From positions 94,612,001-94,676,000 of the forward strand of contig OZ024746.1 of the NCBI GenBank assembly GCA_964016885.1: DNA of 64,000 nucleotides, in the 5' to 3' direction. Under the pieces are notes generated by a model. It was not told the DNA's origin and did not search any database. It saw only the letters and a list, made by a program, of their open reading frames with translations. This stretch comes from Eledone cirrhosa (taxonomy: Eukaryota). Position numbers and translations under genes: made by a program. Shown here piece after piece: positions 25,110-38,772 of this stretch. The stretch's first letter is position 1. Each line of letters opens with the position of its first letter.

Positions 25110-27985
25110 ATAGCTTCTCTCAGGATAGGCAGTATAAATACACGTGGCCTGGGGTCGCCTTGGAAGCAGTGTCACCTGCTCAACTATCTCAGGTCGCTAA
25201 ACATGGATGTGGTGGCCATCAACGAGACCAAAATCTCTGAGGCACGGGTATTCGCACCCATTTTCGACGGCTACGAGGCGTACACATCTACAAGCCGTGC
25301 CGGATCTTGGGGAGAAGTAGCTGTGTTGTTCCGGAGAGGTTTGGCTCTCGAGTTACAGGCCGTCTTCTTGGACCCAGAAGGTAAGTTAGTGGTGCTAGAT
25401 GTGACCAGTGGAGAAGGATAAGCTTACAGGCTACTGGCCGTCTATGCCCCGAGAGGGGCATGACGGCCTGACTTCTTCCGGCGACTGGAGACCTTTCTTG
25501 GAACGTTCCGTTCTTTAGTGTTAGTGGGCGACTGGAACAGGATCTTAGATTAACGGATAGGGGAGGAGGGTGTAAAAGCCTCACAACCTTCTCAGACGTT
25601 TTCAACTGTCTGAAAGATACCGTCTGGATTTCCCATATGTGCCAATGTGGACATGGACAAACTGCATCGTGTCATCTAGATCGTATCTAGATAGAGTATT
25701 TTGTAGGGAAATAGGTCTAGCACAGGCTGTCCACAATTCAAGATAGTCGACTACACTGACCACAAATTCGTGATCTATGTGGTCGACTTAGTTAGGATTC
25801 ATAGAGCCGGCTACTGGAAGCTGAACACGTCGTTGACAACGCGCAAAGCCTACAGAGACTAGATTAGCGAACTCGTTAAGCGGGCGTTGACGGGTGTAGT
25901 CGCCAACAACAAATGCCGCTTCACCCTGAGAAGGGCGATTAGCATGGAATCCATTAGGTTTAGTAAAGCGTTAGCAATAGAGAAAAATAGAGCAGAGGGA
26001 GAACTAGAAAATTAGACGTGGCGTTTAGAAAAGGCATCGCGACCGACGTGCTTGCGTTGAAATTGGCCCTTGACCAATTCTTCAACACAAAACATGAAGG
26101 CTGCGTTCTCGGAGCTAGGGCACGTGCTCTCAGACACGAAGGGACGAAAGCCTTTCGATGGGCCCGAGTGGCGGAGGCGCGTCGCGACAACAAAGCAACG
26201 ATCCGCTGTTTGGAGGACCACGACGGGCGCATGTTACTCGAACCCGAACAAATGTGTGCGGCTTTTCAGCGGCACTTCGCTCAGCTGTTCGGGAGCAGCA
26301 GTGGATCGGATTGCAGGATGGACTTTAGCGCCTACCTCGACGGACTGCCGCGGCTCTCAGTCACTGAGGCGGAGTGTTGATAAAGGCCGATAACAGCCGC
26401 TGAATTACGAGTAGCAATGACTGACTGAATGATGGGTAAATCGCCTGGTTTGGATGGTCTGCCCTACGAGGTTTACGTACACATGCCAGACTTGTTCGGC
26501 GACCTCTTAGCGGACGTCTACTGCAACTGGCAGCAGAACGGGAGAATTCCCAGCTCTGTGAGTCGAGGAGCAGTAACGCTGCTGAGAAAGGACCCGAACA
26601 GGGGAGACAAGATAGATAATTTCAGGCCCATAACTCTGCTGAACTGAGAGTTCAAGATTTTGGCCAAGGTTCTAGCAAAGAGACTGGCGCTTGACGTCGA
26701 TGGTCTGGTGGGAGAGGTGCAGACATGTGCCATTCCAGACAGATCCATCCACGACAACCTCTACCTCATGTGATACATCGTGGAGAGGGTAGCTAACGAA
26801 CCTGGCACGGGAGGGTCCTTGATCAATTTAGATCAGTCGAAAGCTTTCGATAGGGTCGACCATCGTTATCTGGCGGCGGTCCTGAGGGCGGCCGGCTTTA
26901 GGCCCGTCTTCAGGCCTGTCTTCAGAAGCTGAATCGCTGCCACGCACAGCGACATCTGCTCTGTGGTGAGAATGAACGGAACCGTTCAACGTCATGCGCT
27001 CCAAGGATGTTGCCTCTCGTCCCTGTTGTACGTATTGACTCTCGAGCCATTACTGCAGAAACTGGAGACGCTGAGGGGCGTTCCGCGCGAACTGGTATGC
27101 GGGAGAACCGTGTCAGCATATGCCGACGACGTTACCGTAGTGGTCTCGAATGCCAAAGACATCGAGGCGATCGGCACTACACTAACAGAATACGAGGCGG
27201 TGACAGGAGCAATGATTAACCAGGAAAAGTCGATGGGTCTGCTGCTCGGCACCTGGAGAGGCAGGTCCATGCAGTCCAACAGCGCCGTCGCGCGCTGGAC
27301 GGACGGACCGGTTAGATTGCTAGGGGTTTGGCTCGGTCCGGACAAACAAACAGACTTGTGGGTTTATGTCGAACAAATGGTGTCGCGTGTAGGACGGGTC
27401 TGGTTATCAGCTGAGTGCATCATGAGCATTTCCCCGCCGCCTTCGTTTAGCCATAGTGGCCATGGTGAAAGAGGTCATATGGTGGACACGTTTGAAAGGG
27501 CTGAAGACGAACACTTACCTCTTCGGTGATGCCCTGATTAACTTTTTCAAATTTCCTTTGAAAAGGAAAATTAGGGTGGAGAGGGAAGTACTCTCTTCCG
27601 AGCAATTTATTGAAAGATGGGTGAGAGCGGCAAGCATGCCCCGAGTGAATGAGCCTGCTCTGAGTATGTGCGTGTAAATTGCAGGTGGAAAACTGGGAGA
27701 GGGCACTTGCCCTGATGGTCAGGGTCACCGTGGCTTTTTTAATGGGCCTTCTCCAGGAGAATCCCTCAGAAGTTTCTTCCGTATTGGGGAATTTTCCTTT
27801 GTTTATTTTTTTATTTTTTTTTTTTTGTCATTTCCGTTGTTATTTAAAAAAATTTTTTTTTTTACGCTCAGAAATGCCCATTTGTACCGTCCTGTACCGT
27901 CCTGTACCGTCCTGTGCTATCGTTAATGTTATACTTTATGTCAACCCTTGTGGTTAATAAAGAAAACATTATTATTATTATTATT
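25110..27985 (+). pseudogene. L1/Tx1-clade LINE ORF2 (APE endonuclease + RT) with 3' UTR and (ATT)n tail
   Basis: IGSINTRGL, DVVAINETK, AVYAP, VGDWN, YLDRV, TDHK, GYWKLN, KSPGLDGLP, NFRPITLLN, DQSKAFDRVDH, QGCCLS, AYADDV; many stops; internal deletion near 27350. Confidence 0.92.
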
Positions 27986-27986
27986 A

Positions 27987-28316
27987 TTTGAAAGGTGGGT
28001 GAATGTGGCGAGAATGTCCCGTGTGAGTGGGCCTACTCTGATCATGCGCCTGTTGGTGGGTGAATTTGAGGAGGAGAGGTGTGCTCTTCCCGGGTACTCT
28101 CGAAGCGTCGGGTCGTTCAGGATTGGTGGGGTACCTGAGTGAACCCTGGGTGGTTATCCCCCCATTGGCGAATTTTCCTTCTATTTTTATTGTTATTTTG
28201 TTATTGTTATTTATATTGTTTACACGTTATATATGTAAACCCCCACTGACCCGGTTTTTTGTATTGTCCCCTATATGTCGGCCCTTGTGGCCAATAAAAT
28301 AAACTATTATTATTAT
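27987..28316 (+). mobile_element. Second L1/Tx1 3' fragment
   Basis: FERWVNVARMSRVSGP, 3' UTR, CCCTTGTGGCCAATAAA and (ATT)n tail. Confidence 0.85.
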
Positions 28317-28502
28317 TGGATTGGCAGTATCGGTAGAGGGTCGGACGCCATGCTTTGACATATAGAGTTACGGCCCTTTCCATTCTGAGTTCAAATCCCA
28401 CAGAGGTTAACTTTGCCTTTCATCCTTACGGGGTCGATAAAATAAAGTACCAGTAATGCACTGGGTAATTGCTGGCCTTGTGCTAAAAGTAGAAACAATT
28501 AT
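28317..28502 (+). mobile_element. SINE family A
   Basis: Near full length, directly after the LINE tail, with its own (ATT)n tail. Confidence 0.85.
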
Positions 28503-28916
28503 TATTATTATTATCATTATCATTATATATGTTGCTGTAGTGATGTAAAAGATTTAAATGCCAAAAGGAGCCCGAAATATTTGAAAACTTAGGGTCCCTA
28601 CTATTGATTACTTAGTCTCAGTGTATAACAAATATTTCATGTTTTTGTTGTTGCTGTTGTTGTTTTTGCATGAAAACTGGTCCTGCGAAATTCATCGAAT
28701 TTATCGACACTTATTCTCATTCACTTCTTCTAGTCTATTGTTATAATCCAGTTTCTTGGAAATATCTTTATATAATAACATTTGTTGTGGGGTTCTCGGA
28801 GTATTTCATGCTTGATTTCATTTTTATAGAATGAACTAAACGGCCTCTGTAATGCTGCAACTTTTGTCTATAGGACCGACCACTTACAATAGTTGCGTGA
28901 GAAGTATATCTGTATG

Positions 28917-29008
<92 letters not shown>

Positions 29009-29326
29009 TATACGTTTGTGCATGAGTGTACGTGGTTGTTAGTTTAAGTAATATTGCGCAAATAATATATATATATATATATAGTTTAAAATGACAAACA
29101 AACAAACGCAGAAGTCAATAGTACATCGTGTTATTAGCTTCACATAGATGTGTATATATACATAGATGTATACATATACAAACATATATATATATATATA
29201 TGCATATATATATATATGCATATATATATATGCATGTATACATATACATGTATATATATATATATATATATATCCATGTATACATATACATGTATATATA
29301 TATATACATGTATATATGCATACATG

Positions 29327-29419
<93 letters not shown>

Positions 29420-30203
29420 TATGTGTGTGTGTGTGTATGGGAGTGGTGGTAAATCGTTAATGATTCATGCAGCATTGTATAAGGTCTCCCCTACATACAT
29501 AAAGTACAAGGAAAACTAAATCACTCTTACAGTACAACCTTCTAATATAAACACTCACAAGGGAAGTGGATTGGCAGTATCGGTTGAACATCGGACAACA
29601 TGCTTCTACAACCTGCTCTATAAAATTGGATTAAAGAACAACAAGCTGTAATAATCTATCCTAATTCATCCAGCATCCAATACTGAATCATCGTTGATTA
29701 TGTGAAGGACATATAATCTATATATTACGTTTCCTAGATTGTGAAAATGGTGGTGTATACGAAAACCATAACATTATTTTGCTTCTCATTTTTAATATTT
29801 CTCTGCACACAAGCTTCTATATCATACATGAAAAATACTTTACCAATACAACCCCCATAATACTCTTGATTGCCCGCTTAAAGTGCTTGTATTCTATATA
29901 ACAACTTGCCGCACTATAATCTCATATAAATAAGACACACGTGCATGCCCCACGTGTAACTATTGCATACACTAACTACTTCAAACTATCCTCTTGCATT
30001 ATCTTCGTAAACTGCCGATGTTGTATTTTAACTTTAATTTTGTTTTAATTTTCTTTTAATATGATTTTAATCTTTGAATGTAAATTGCCATGCTAAAATA
30101 TTATAATGGATGTCAACCCACTGTGCATCGATATATACATATGTTTCTGTATGTGTCTTGTGTTGGAAAGGAGGTCATGTATGTAAACAATCATTGAAAA
30201 ATT

Positions 30204-30248
30204 GCTCCGAAGACTCCAAACCTCGGTTTGGACGAAACAATTGTAAGC
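30204..30248 (+). ncRNA. Minimal hammerhead ribozyme fold (U4C variant)
   Basis: GCT-CCGAAGA-C-TCCAAAC-CTCG-GTTTGGA-C-GAAA-CAATTG-T-A-AGC; palindrome ACAATTGT; AATAAA follows. Confidence 0.65.
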
Positions 30249-30296
30249 TAATAAATGATTTGAACAGAACTTTGATTCATGTAATTTCTCTCTCTC

Positions 30297-30378
<82 letters not shown>

Positions 30379-31107
30379 AACCACGTAGCCATGTCAGTGC
30401 CTATTGAAGAAATATTAAAAATTCCAGTGGTAATATCTGCACCAATCATATTGCCTCTATAAAGAGGCAGTAGCTCACGTGAAGATACGTACATACATAT
30501 GTACGTACGTATGTATGTATGTATGTATGTATGTATGTATGTATGTATGTATGTATGTATGTATGTATGTCCGTATGTACGTATGTATGTATGTACGTAC
30601 GTACGTATGTATGTATCTATGTATGTATGTATGTATGTATGTATGTCCGTATGTACGTATGTATGTATGTACGTACGTACGTATGTATGTATGTATGTAT
30701 GTATGTATGTATGTATGTATGTATGTATGTATGTATACACGTTGAACTTTATAAAAACTTCAGTTATTCATCTGAATTAGATTATCCTGCTCTGTTTCTT
30801 TCCATATGTGATTAACACAGCAAAACCGGCCTTGGTCACCATGATTCTGCCTGAGAACCTCGTTAATATTACACGTATCTGTGGAATACTCAACCACTTA
30901 CACGTTAAGTCATGAGTCAGACTGTTCAGGGGATCGAACGACAGAATACTAATCTTCGAAACCGACGGAAAATCAATCAACAAAACTTATCGATTAAAAC
31001 AACAGTTTTGGCCTTGTTTATGAAAAATCGTTATATTACGAAAGCCTGCATGATTGTACATACACACCCACACACGCACACACACACACGCACACACACG
31101 CACACAC

Positions 31108-31163
<56 letters not shown>

Positions 31164-31175
31164 ACACACACACAC

Positions 31176-31225
<50 letters not shown>

Positions 31226-31263
31226 TCACAGACACACGTGTGTGTGTCTGTACACACACACAT

Positions 31264-31329
<66 letters not shown>

Positions 31330-31626
31330 TAGCATATGTACGGCACGTGGGCGTATAAAGGTTTTCTTCGTGATGTATTGCACACGATCTACTTGTCTAG
31401 TAAGCTAAGTGCATGGCGCAAATTTGCTGACCAAGAAAAGAATGGATTATATTACTTCGGTAGCTCATGGCAACACATTAAGGCAAGGGCATGTCATTGT
31501 TTAAGTTTATCAATCTACCACTTATCCATACTACATATTCATGTATACATTCACTCCCACATCATTCCCACTTGTCAATGGGTAAATATATATGAAAATT
31601 GCAAACTTGACTGTCACCACTGAATA

Positions 31627-31665
31627 TGAACCTGATGATTGCGAAAGGATGAAAGTACTTGTTCA
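31627..31665 (+). ncRNA. Minimal hammerhead ribozyme fold
   Basis: TGAAC-CTGATGA-T-TGC-GAAA-GGA-T-GAAA-GTAC-T-T-GTTCA; 5-bp stem I, palindrome AGTACT, one stem II mismatch. Confidence 0.7.
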
Positions 31666-31829
31666 ATTAACATTTAACATTCTACCATACTATTTCATTA
31701 TAATATCATTATCATTTTAAAGGATTGTAAATAAAACGAGTAAATCAGACAAAGTTGGAATTCCTTTTATTAATATAATCTTCTATACACAATCATACAC
31801 ACCCGTGTATATTTATTTACACACACACA

Positions 31830-32133
<304 letters not shown>

Positions 32134-32134
32134 G

Positions 32135-32707
32135 TAAGTATGTATACGTATATACATATATGTATACAGACGTACAGTAGTATGTATATATATACATACA
32201 TGCACACATATATATATGTACGTATGGCTTTACCAAACATTTATTATAATGTTCGGTTTGTTTGTAAACAAACAGCCCGAATTAAGCCGTACGGTGTTCG
32301 GCAACCATCGTTTCCCTTTTGTTCAACACTGAGAATTAGGCTGCTCAGCCGTTAATATGCACAAGGAAAGTATATACTTTCAAACGTTCAATCATCTGAC
32401 AGGAAGGTATACGATGCTGACGATAGCTAATAAGCTTGAAACTAGTTCATCGTTCCTTTGTCAGTGTTGAACAAAAGGGTGACGATGGTTGCCGAACACT
32501 GTACGGCTTAATTCGGGCTGTTTGTTTACAAACAAAGCGAACATTATAATAAATGTTCGCTAAACCCATACGTACATATATATATATATATGTGCATGTA
32601 TGTATATATAAATACTACAGTACGTCTGTATACATATATGTATGTACGTATACATACTTATATTTAAGTATCAGCCGTACTAAGAGTGAGAAATTTCATT
32701 TCATTTC

Positions 32708-32710
<3 letters not shown>
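32135..32710 (+). mobile_element. Retrozyme/PLE-like non-coding element with inverted arm
   Basis: 32135-32332 is the inverted copy of 32461-32660; hammerhead in the spacer; paralog 45918-46510. Confidence 0.75.
32411..32453 (+). ncRNA. Minimal type I hammerhead ribozyme, intact core
   Basis: ACGATG-CTGACGA-T-AGCT-AATA-AGCT-T-GAAA-CTAG-T-T-CATCGT; 6-bp stem I, palindrome ACTAGT. Confidence 0.85.
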
Positions 32711-32757
<47 letters not shown>

Positions 32758-32764
<7 letters not shown>

Positions 32765-33300
32765 TAACAGATTAAAGTTTAAGCTAAGAATCGCTGCTTT
32801 CACCCTTAACGGGATCTTCTGAAACTAACAAAGTCAATCTGTAAACGCAGAACTGGATATTTCAAAAAACGTTGCAACCGGAGGAATACAGGAAGACGAT
32901 ACTGTGGTTCGTGGAAACGTTCGCTGGCAAAGAACGGGAAAAAACGAATAATACGTCATTAATAGGAGCGGTGAAAAACAATTACGCGCAAAGACAGAAC
33001 CACGTTTAAGGTCTTTTATACCTTATAAAAGAGGTATTTTATACCATAAACGTGGTTCTGTCTTTGCGCGTAATTGTTTTTCACCGCTCCTATTAATGAC
33101 GTATTATATTCGTTTTTTTCCCGTTCTTTGCCAGCGAACGTTTCCACGAACCACAGTATCGTCTTCCTGTATTCCTCCAGTTGCAACGTTTTTTGAAATA
33201 TCCAGTTCTGCGTTTACAGATTGACTTTGTTAGTTTCAGAAGATCCCGTTAAGGGTGAAAGCAGCGATTCTTTGCTTAAACTTTAATCTGTTATTTTAAT
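32758..33300. repeat. Near-perfect palindrome (~255-bp arms, 30-bp spacer)
   Basis: 32758-33012 is the reverse complement of 33043-33300 with only a few differences. Confidence 0.95.
33232..33282 (+). ncRNA. Type I hammerhead fold with three stems (U4A variant); inverted copy at 32776-32826
   Basis: AGTTT-CAGAAGA-T-CCC-GTTAA-GGG-T-GAAA-GCA-GCGATTCTT-TGC-T-T-AAACT. Confidence 0.65.
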
Positions 33301-33392
33301 AAATATTTGCTCTACGGTTCTTATATATTTGATATATATTTATCCTTATCGAGCCCTCTTTGGATTTTAGTCTTGAATTTTATTATTATTAC

Positions 33393-33451
<59 letters not shown>

Positions 33452-33650
33452 AAGCTTAGTAAAATCGAAGCTTTGGCTGTGGGCAAGCAAAATCGACCTA
33501 CAATATGAATGAGTTAGCAAAGCACTCAATAAGGGTAGGTCTTTAGAGTAATAACATACGTTTAAATAACTTGAAAATTGAACATGGTGGTAGGCAAAAT
33601 CTAACACACAATACCAAAGTAACGAAAAAACTAACAGGTTATATATATAT

Positions 33651-33927
33651 GTGGAGTCAGGTGGCCTAGTGGTAAGAGTGTTGGACTTACGATCATAATA
33701 ACGTGGGTTCGATTCCTGGGCTGCGTGTTGTGTTCTTGAGCAAAACACTTCATTTCACGTTGCTCCAGTATACTCAGCTGAAAATAATTACCAGCAATAG
33801 CTGGAGGTTTAACTATGTGATGGACTGGCGTCCTGTCCAGGGAGGAGTCTTGTACTCTCAGTCGCTTCACGCCATGTAACCGGGATAAGCACCGGCCAAA
33901 TTAGTCTTCTGGCTTGAGACAGACTTT

Positions 33928-33930
<3 letters not shown>
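33651..33930 (+). mobile_element. tRNA-derived CORE-type SINE
   Basis: A box GGTGGCCTAGTGG, B box GGTTCGATTCC, CTTGAGCAAAACACTTCATTTCACGTTGCTCCAGT core. Confidence 0.85.
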
Positions 33931-33992
<62 letters not shown>

Positions 33993-34074
33993 CAAATTGA
34001 AAGATATATATATAGAGAGAGAGAGGGAAAAAAGCCATATATCGTTAAAGAAACATATAGTATTGTGTAAGAGG

Positions 34075-34385
34075 ATACGGGGAAAATCCCCCTTCGGTCA
34101 CGAATGACCATGGAATTTGCATCTAGAAAGTTTCCTTTCCGAGCACGGTTATTTGTGGAAGACCAGCTGTCGCCCAAGCATATCAGTCTCCCCTCTCCAC
34201 CGATGGCAATGGCCGGTACAGATTGGCACCAGTGACGTCATGACTCATTTCTAAGGCTGATTCAACTGGAGCAAGATGAAATAAAGTGTCTTGCTCAAGG
34301 ATACAAATCATCAAAGGATCCGAGAATTGAGCTCACAACCAATCGATTGCGAGCCCAATGCTCTAAACACTAAGCCATACGCCTT
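34075..34385 (-). mobile_element. tRNA-derived CORE-type SINE (different 3' body)
   Basis: Minus strand: GGCGTATGGCTTAGTGTTTAGAGC head and CTTGAGCAAGACACTTTATTTCA core. Confidence 0.75.
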
Positions 34386-34650
34386 TACATTGTGTAAATA
34401 AAGCATGTAATATTTACATTGTGTAAATAAAGCATGTAATATTTACATTGTGTAAATAAAGCATGTAATATTTAGGAAAAGGTATATAATTTAAGGTGGA
34501 AAGAGGATAGCTTCTTATTTTCCTTGCGGTCATCATTTCACCAGAGGAATCGTCTTTGGATAAATTCCAGTACAGAACAAAACACTTTTATATCTGTAGG
34601 GATCAGAGCGTCAGCCAAAACTAAAGACCACATGGCGTGAAGAATGTTTT

Positions 34651-35247
34651 AATAATTGTTTCTACTTTTGGCACAAGGCCAGCAATTATCCCAGTACATT
34701 ACTGGTACTTTATTTTATCAACCCCGTAAGGATGCACGGCAAAGTTAACCTCGGCAGCAGATACAAATAGGACTGACATCGTATCCACTAGAAAAGTGTG
34801 CGAAGTACTCGTCACAGTAGAAGCAATTCAACAAATTAAGAATTTGGAGCAGACATAAAAGTGTTTTGTACTCTACTGGAATTTATCCAAAGACGATTCC
34901 TCTGAGGATTAAGAAGAATTTCAAGATTACTTATGTCAATATCTTCTCAAATTATAGTTTCTTATATTGGGTTGTAACATATATTCCCGCGGTTGTTATA
35001 AAACTTCTTAATAAAAAGAACGGCGGGAATTTATGTTACCACCCAATATATTTTCTCAAATAATTGTTTCTACTTTTGGCACAAGGCCAGCAATTACTCA
35101 GTACATTACTGGTACTTTATTTTATGGACCTCGTAAGGATGAAAGACAAAATTAACTTCGGCTTTGATTTGAACTCAGAATGGCAAGGGCCGTAACTCTA
35201 TGCGTCAAAGCATGGCGTCCGACCCTCTACCGATACTGCCAATCCAC
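34651..35247 (-). mobile_element. Two SINE family A copies (34651-34756 partial, 35060-35247)
   Basis: Reverse-complement tail and core matches. Confidence 0.8.
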
Positions 35248-35931
35248 GTTATCTTAATATAATGTGCTAGAGATTTGGCTGCTATTTCAAATAGGTCGAC
35301 TGATCATTTAGCGACTTCCGGTTGATGTATTATGGGCTGAATGGTTAAAATGTTCGCCATGCATCCACGAGGTCCCTAATTTGATCCAACGGGGTGACAT
35401 CCTTCATAAGTGATTTTATCAGAACAAAGTGTTGTCTCACGTGTTCAAATCCTGTCCAGGTAAACTTTGACTTTCATCTTTCCGAGATCGAGAAAAGAAA
35501 ATACCAGTCACGTTCTCGGGTGGATGTAATCAGCTTTACCTCCCCTCCCCCCACCCCACCTCACAAATTGTTAGCCATGTTCTTAAATTAGGAATAGCTA
35601 TTGTCGTCCTGATTTTGTCATCAAATTTTGTGAGTAAGTGTATTTGTATGAAAAACTTATATATGAATATAATTGAGTTGAAGTCTGTTTGTGTGTCAGT
35701 ATGTATCTATGTGTGTGGAAAAATGTGTGTATGAATATATGTTTGCTAAAGACTATGTTTATTTATATGTGTATGCAGTGTATGTATATCTTCTTACGTG
35801 TGTTTATGTTTGTGTGTAACTGTATGTTTGCGTGTGTCAGTATTGTGTAATCAGAACTTTCAGGGTTCTTGCCTGGTCTTTTAATCTCCCTATTCCATAT
35901 TTTCAGTTTTTATGTTCATCGCACACACACG

Positions 35932-35985
<54 letters not shown>

Positions 35986-35990
35986 AACAT

Positions 35991-36045
<55 letters not shown>

Positions 36046-36680
36046 TATACATATATACATATGTGTATATATACAGACATACATATACATATATATAGAT
36101 ATGTATATACACACACATATATACATGCATATATATATATACATATATATGTGTGTGGCTGTGTGTATATATATATATATGTGCGTATACATATATATAT
36201 ATATATACATATATATGTGTGTATATGTATGTGTGTGTGTCTGTGTTTGCGTGTGTGTATATATATATATATATACACACACAAAAGCAACTGACTCCCA
36301 TATTTACAGCCCATCAATTTGCAATCAACTCTCACACCCACACATGCACACACACGCACACATACCCCCCCACACACACACACACACATGCACACACCCG
36401 GACATGCACACACCCACCCACATATGCACACACCCACGCATTCACAACCCACACATGCACACCCACACATGCACACAGCCACGTATGCACACACCCGGAA
36501 ATGCACACCCACACCCACACATGCATACACCCACGCATCTACACGCATCACTAGTCATTCTCTTTTAAACACAATTTCATATTTACATGTAAATTGTATT
36601 TCTGAATGCATCTTAAATGAATATCTCACATGAACACATGCCACGCACGCATATATGCATATACATGTATACATACAGAC

Positions 36681-36713
<33 letters not shown>

Positions 36714-36805
36714 CATACATTTATATATATATATATATAGACCCTATGACGAAAAGTAGACCACATTGAATATATATATATATACATATACATATTTAGA
36801 GAGAG

Positions 36806-36882
<77 letters not shown>

Positions 36883-37123
36883 GTTGAAAAGGTAACACAC
36901 CAGAGAGAGATATACAGTGCGCTATCAATAAAACAGGGAAAAAACCACCAGTGTATGGAATCTATAACTTATGAAAGACAGACTATAGACACGATAATAA
37001 TCTAGTGCGTTACCTTTTCAACATATTGTATTTTAAAGAGCTCAGGATGTCTTCTCCTTTGAGCACATTATTTACAGAGAAGTGCGAGGGCCTATGGCTC
37101 CGTTAATTTATCTTTTCGCTCTT

Positions 37124-37310
37124 GTGGATTGGCAGTATCGGTAGAGGGTCGGACACCATGCTTTCCAGCATAGTTACGTCCCTTTACAATCTGAGTTCAA
37201 ATCCCGCCGAGGTTGACTTTGCCTTTCATCCTTACGGGGTCGATAAAATAAAGTACCAGTAATGCACTGGATAATTGCTGGCCTTGTGCCTAAAGTAGAA
37301 ACAATTATTA
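37124..37310 (+). mobile_element. SINE family A (young)
   Basis: Near full length; two differences by eye from the copy at 37963-38146. Confidence 0.9.
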
Positions 37311-37637
37311 TTCACTCATGAATACACACACACACCACACACACGTATATCACCCATAATAATACGCCATGTGTATATATGTCTTTTATATGTCTGTCTA
37401 TAAATCTTTCAATTTTACACTCAAAACCATGCAACATATACACCATGCATTTCCTATCTCGGCCATGCTGCTCTTTATTCTAATCAGTAGGTCCTGAGTT
37501 CTAACCCTACATTTGTCCTTGTAAAGAGTTATTTTTCGAAAGTTATTCTTAAAGTTAATCATGTACGTCTTATGAGCTTATATGCTCAGTATTTATGTAA
37601 TTATATCCTAGAAACAAATTATTAAATGATCCTATAT

Positions 37638-37948
37638 ATCAAGAGATCACAGCTCCGATAATACAGGTATGTGGTTAGAATGTCTCAGGAAAGAATCACT
37701 GGTCAGATTTTACGGGCAAAACAAACCGGCAGGAGACCCGGGGGTACGCCACGAGCAAGATGGTTGGATAACAACCATGAGCTTGACTGGTCTCGCTTGG
37801 GGATCCAGGTGGATCAGTTGGAGACAGTTGCTTCTGACAGGACCCGCTGGAAGGAGTGTTTGCTGACCTTACCCTAATGACGCTCTCAGAAATAAGTAGG
37901 CGAAGAAGAAGAAGAAGAAGAAGAAGAAGAAGAAGAAGAAAAAGAAGA
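37638..37948 (+). mobile_element. 3' end of RTE-clade LINE with (GAA)n tail
   Basis: VVRMSQER..GRRPGGTPRARWLD..ASDRTRWK; a shorter paralog lies at 43370-43505. Confidence 0.8.
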
Positions 37949-37962
37949 AACGTGTCAATAAT

Positions 37963-38146
37963 TGTTTCTACTTTAGGCACAAGGCCAGCAATTATCCAGT
38001 GCATTACTGGTACTTTATTTTATCGACCCCGTAAGGATGAAAGGCAAAGTCAACCTCGGCGGGATTTGAACTCAGATCGTAAAGGGACGTAACTATGCTG
38101 GAAAGCATGGCGTCCGACCCTCTACCGATACTGCCAATCCACCGCC
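37963..38146 (-). mobile_element. Full-length SINE family A with TSD
   Basis: 14-bp TSD AACGTGTCAATAAT (37949-62, 38147-60). Confidence 0.92.
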
Positions 38147-38629
38147 AACGTGTCAATAATGAACATAAACTATAGGACTTCTTTTATGCAAACCATTAAA
38201 TTATCAAACTGTTATTGCCGGCACGGATTCCATCGAATATGCCGATCACAGCTCTGGATACTTCGTCTCCCTTGTTATTTGGGACACTCACACACGGATA
38301 CAGAGTCATACAATCGTATCCACATACACGCATAAACACACACATATATATACAAACCAATAATCGCACACACTCATCCAAACACACATACATTGATAAC
38401 AGGCAAATCACGCACTACACATACACACTTACATATGCAGAAACGTGCAAATTTACGCACACAAAAAATACATGAATTCACAAACACACACGTATATACA
38501 CACGTATATACACACGTATATACACACGTATAACTACGCCCACACATACACTCATACATAAACATACACATACACGCGTCTGCACTAACGTACACAGAAA
38601 TACATTCAAACTTTAGACGACACACGTAG

Positions 38630-38719
<90 letters not shown>

Positions 38720-38772
38720 CCATCAACGTCACACAACACACACAGATATACGCGAAGGAGAAATAACGTGAG

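Noticed and set aside
33651-33725. tRNA gene
   Set aside because: A and B boxes run straight into a SINE core and no acceptor stem is evident, so it is a SINE head
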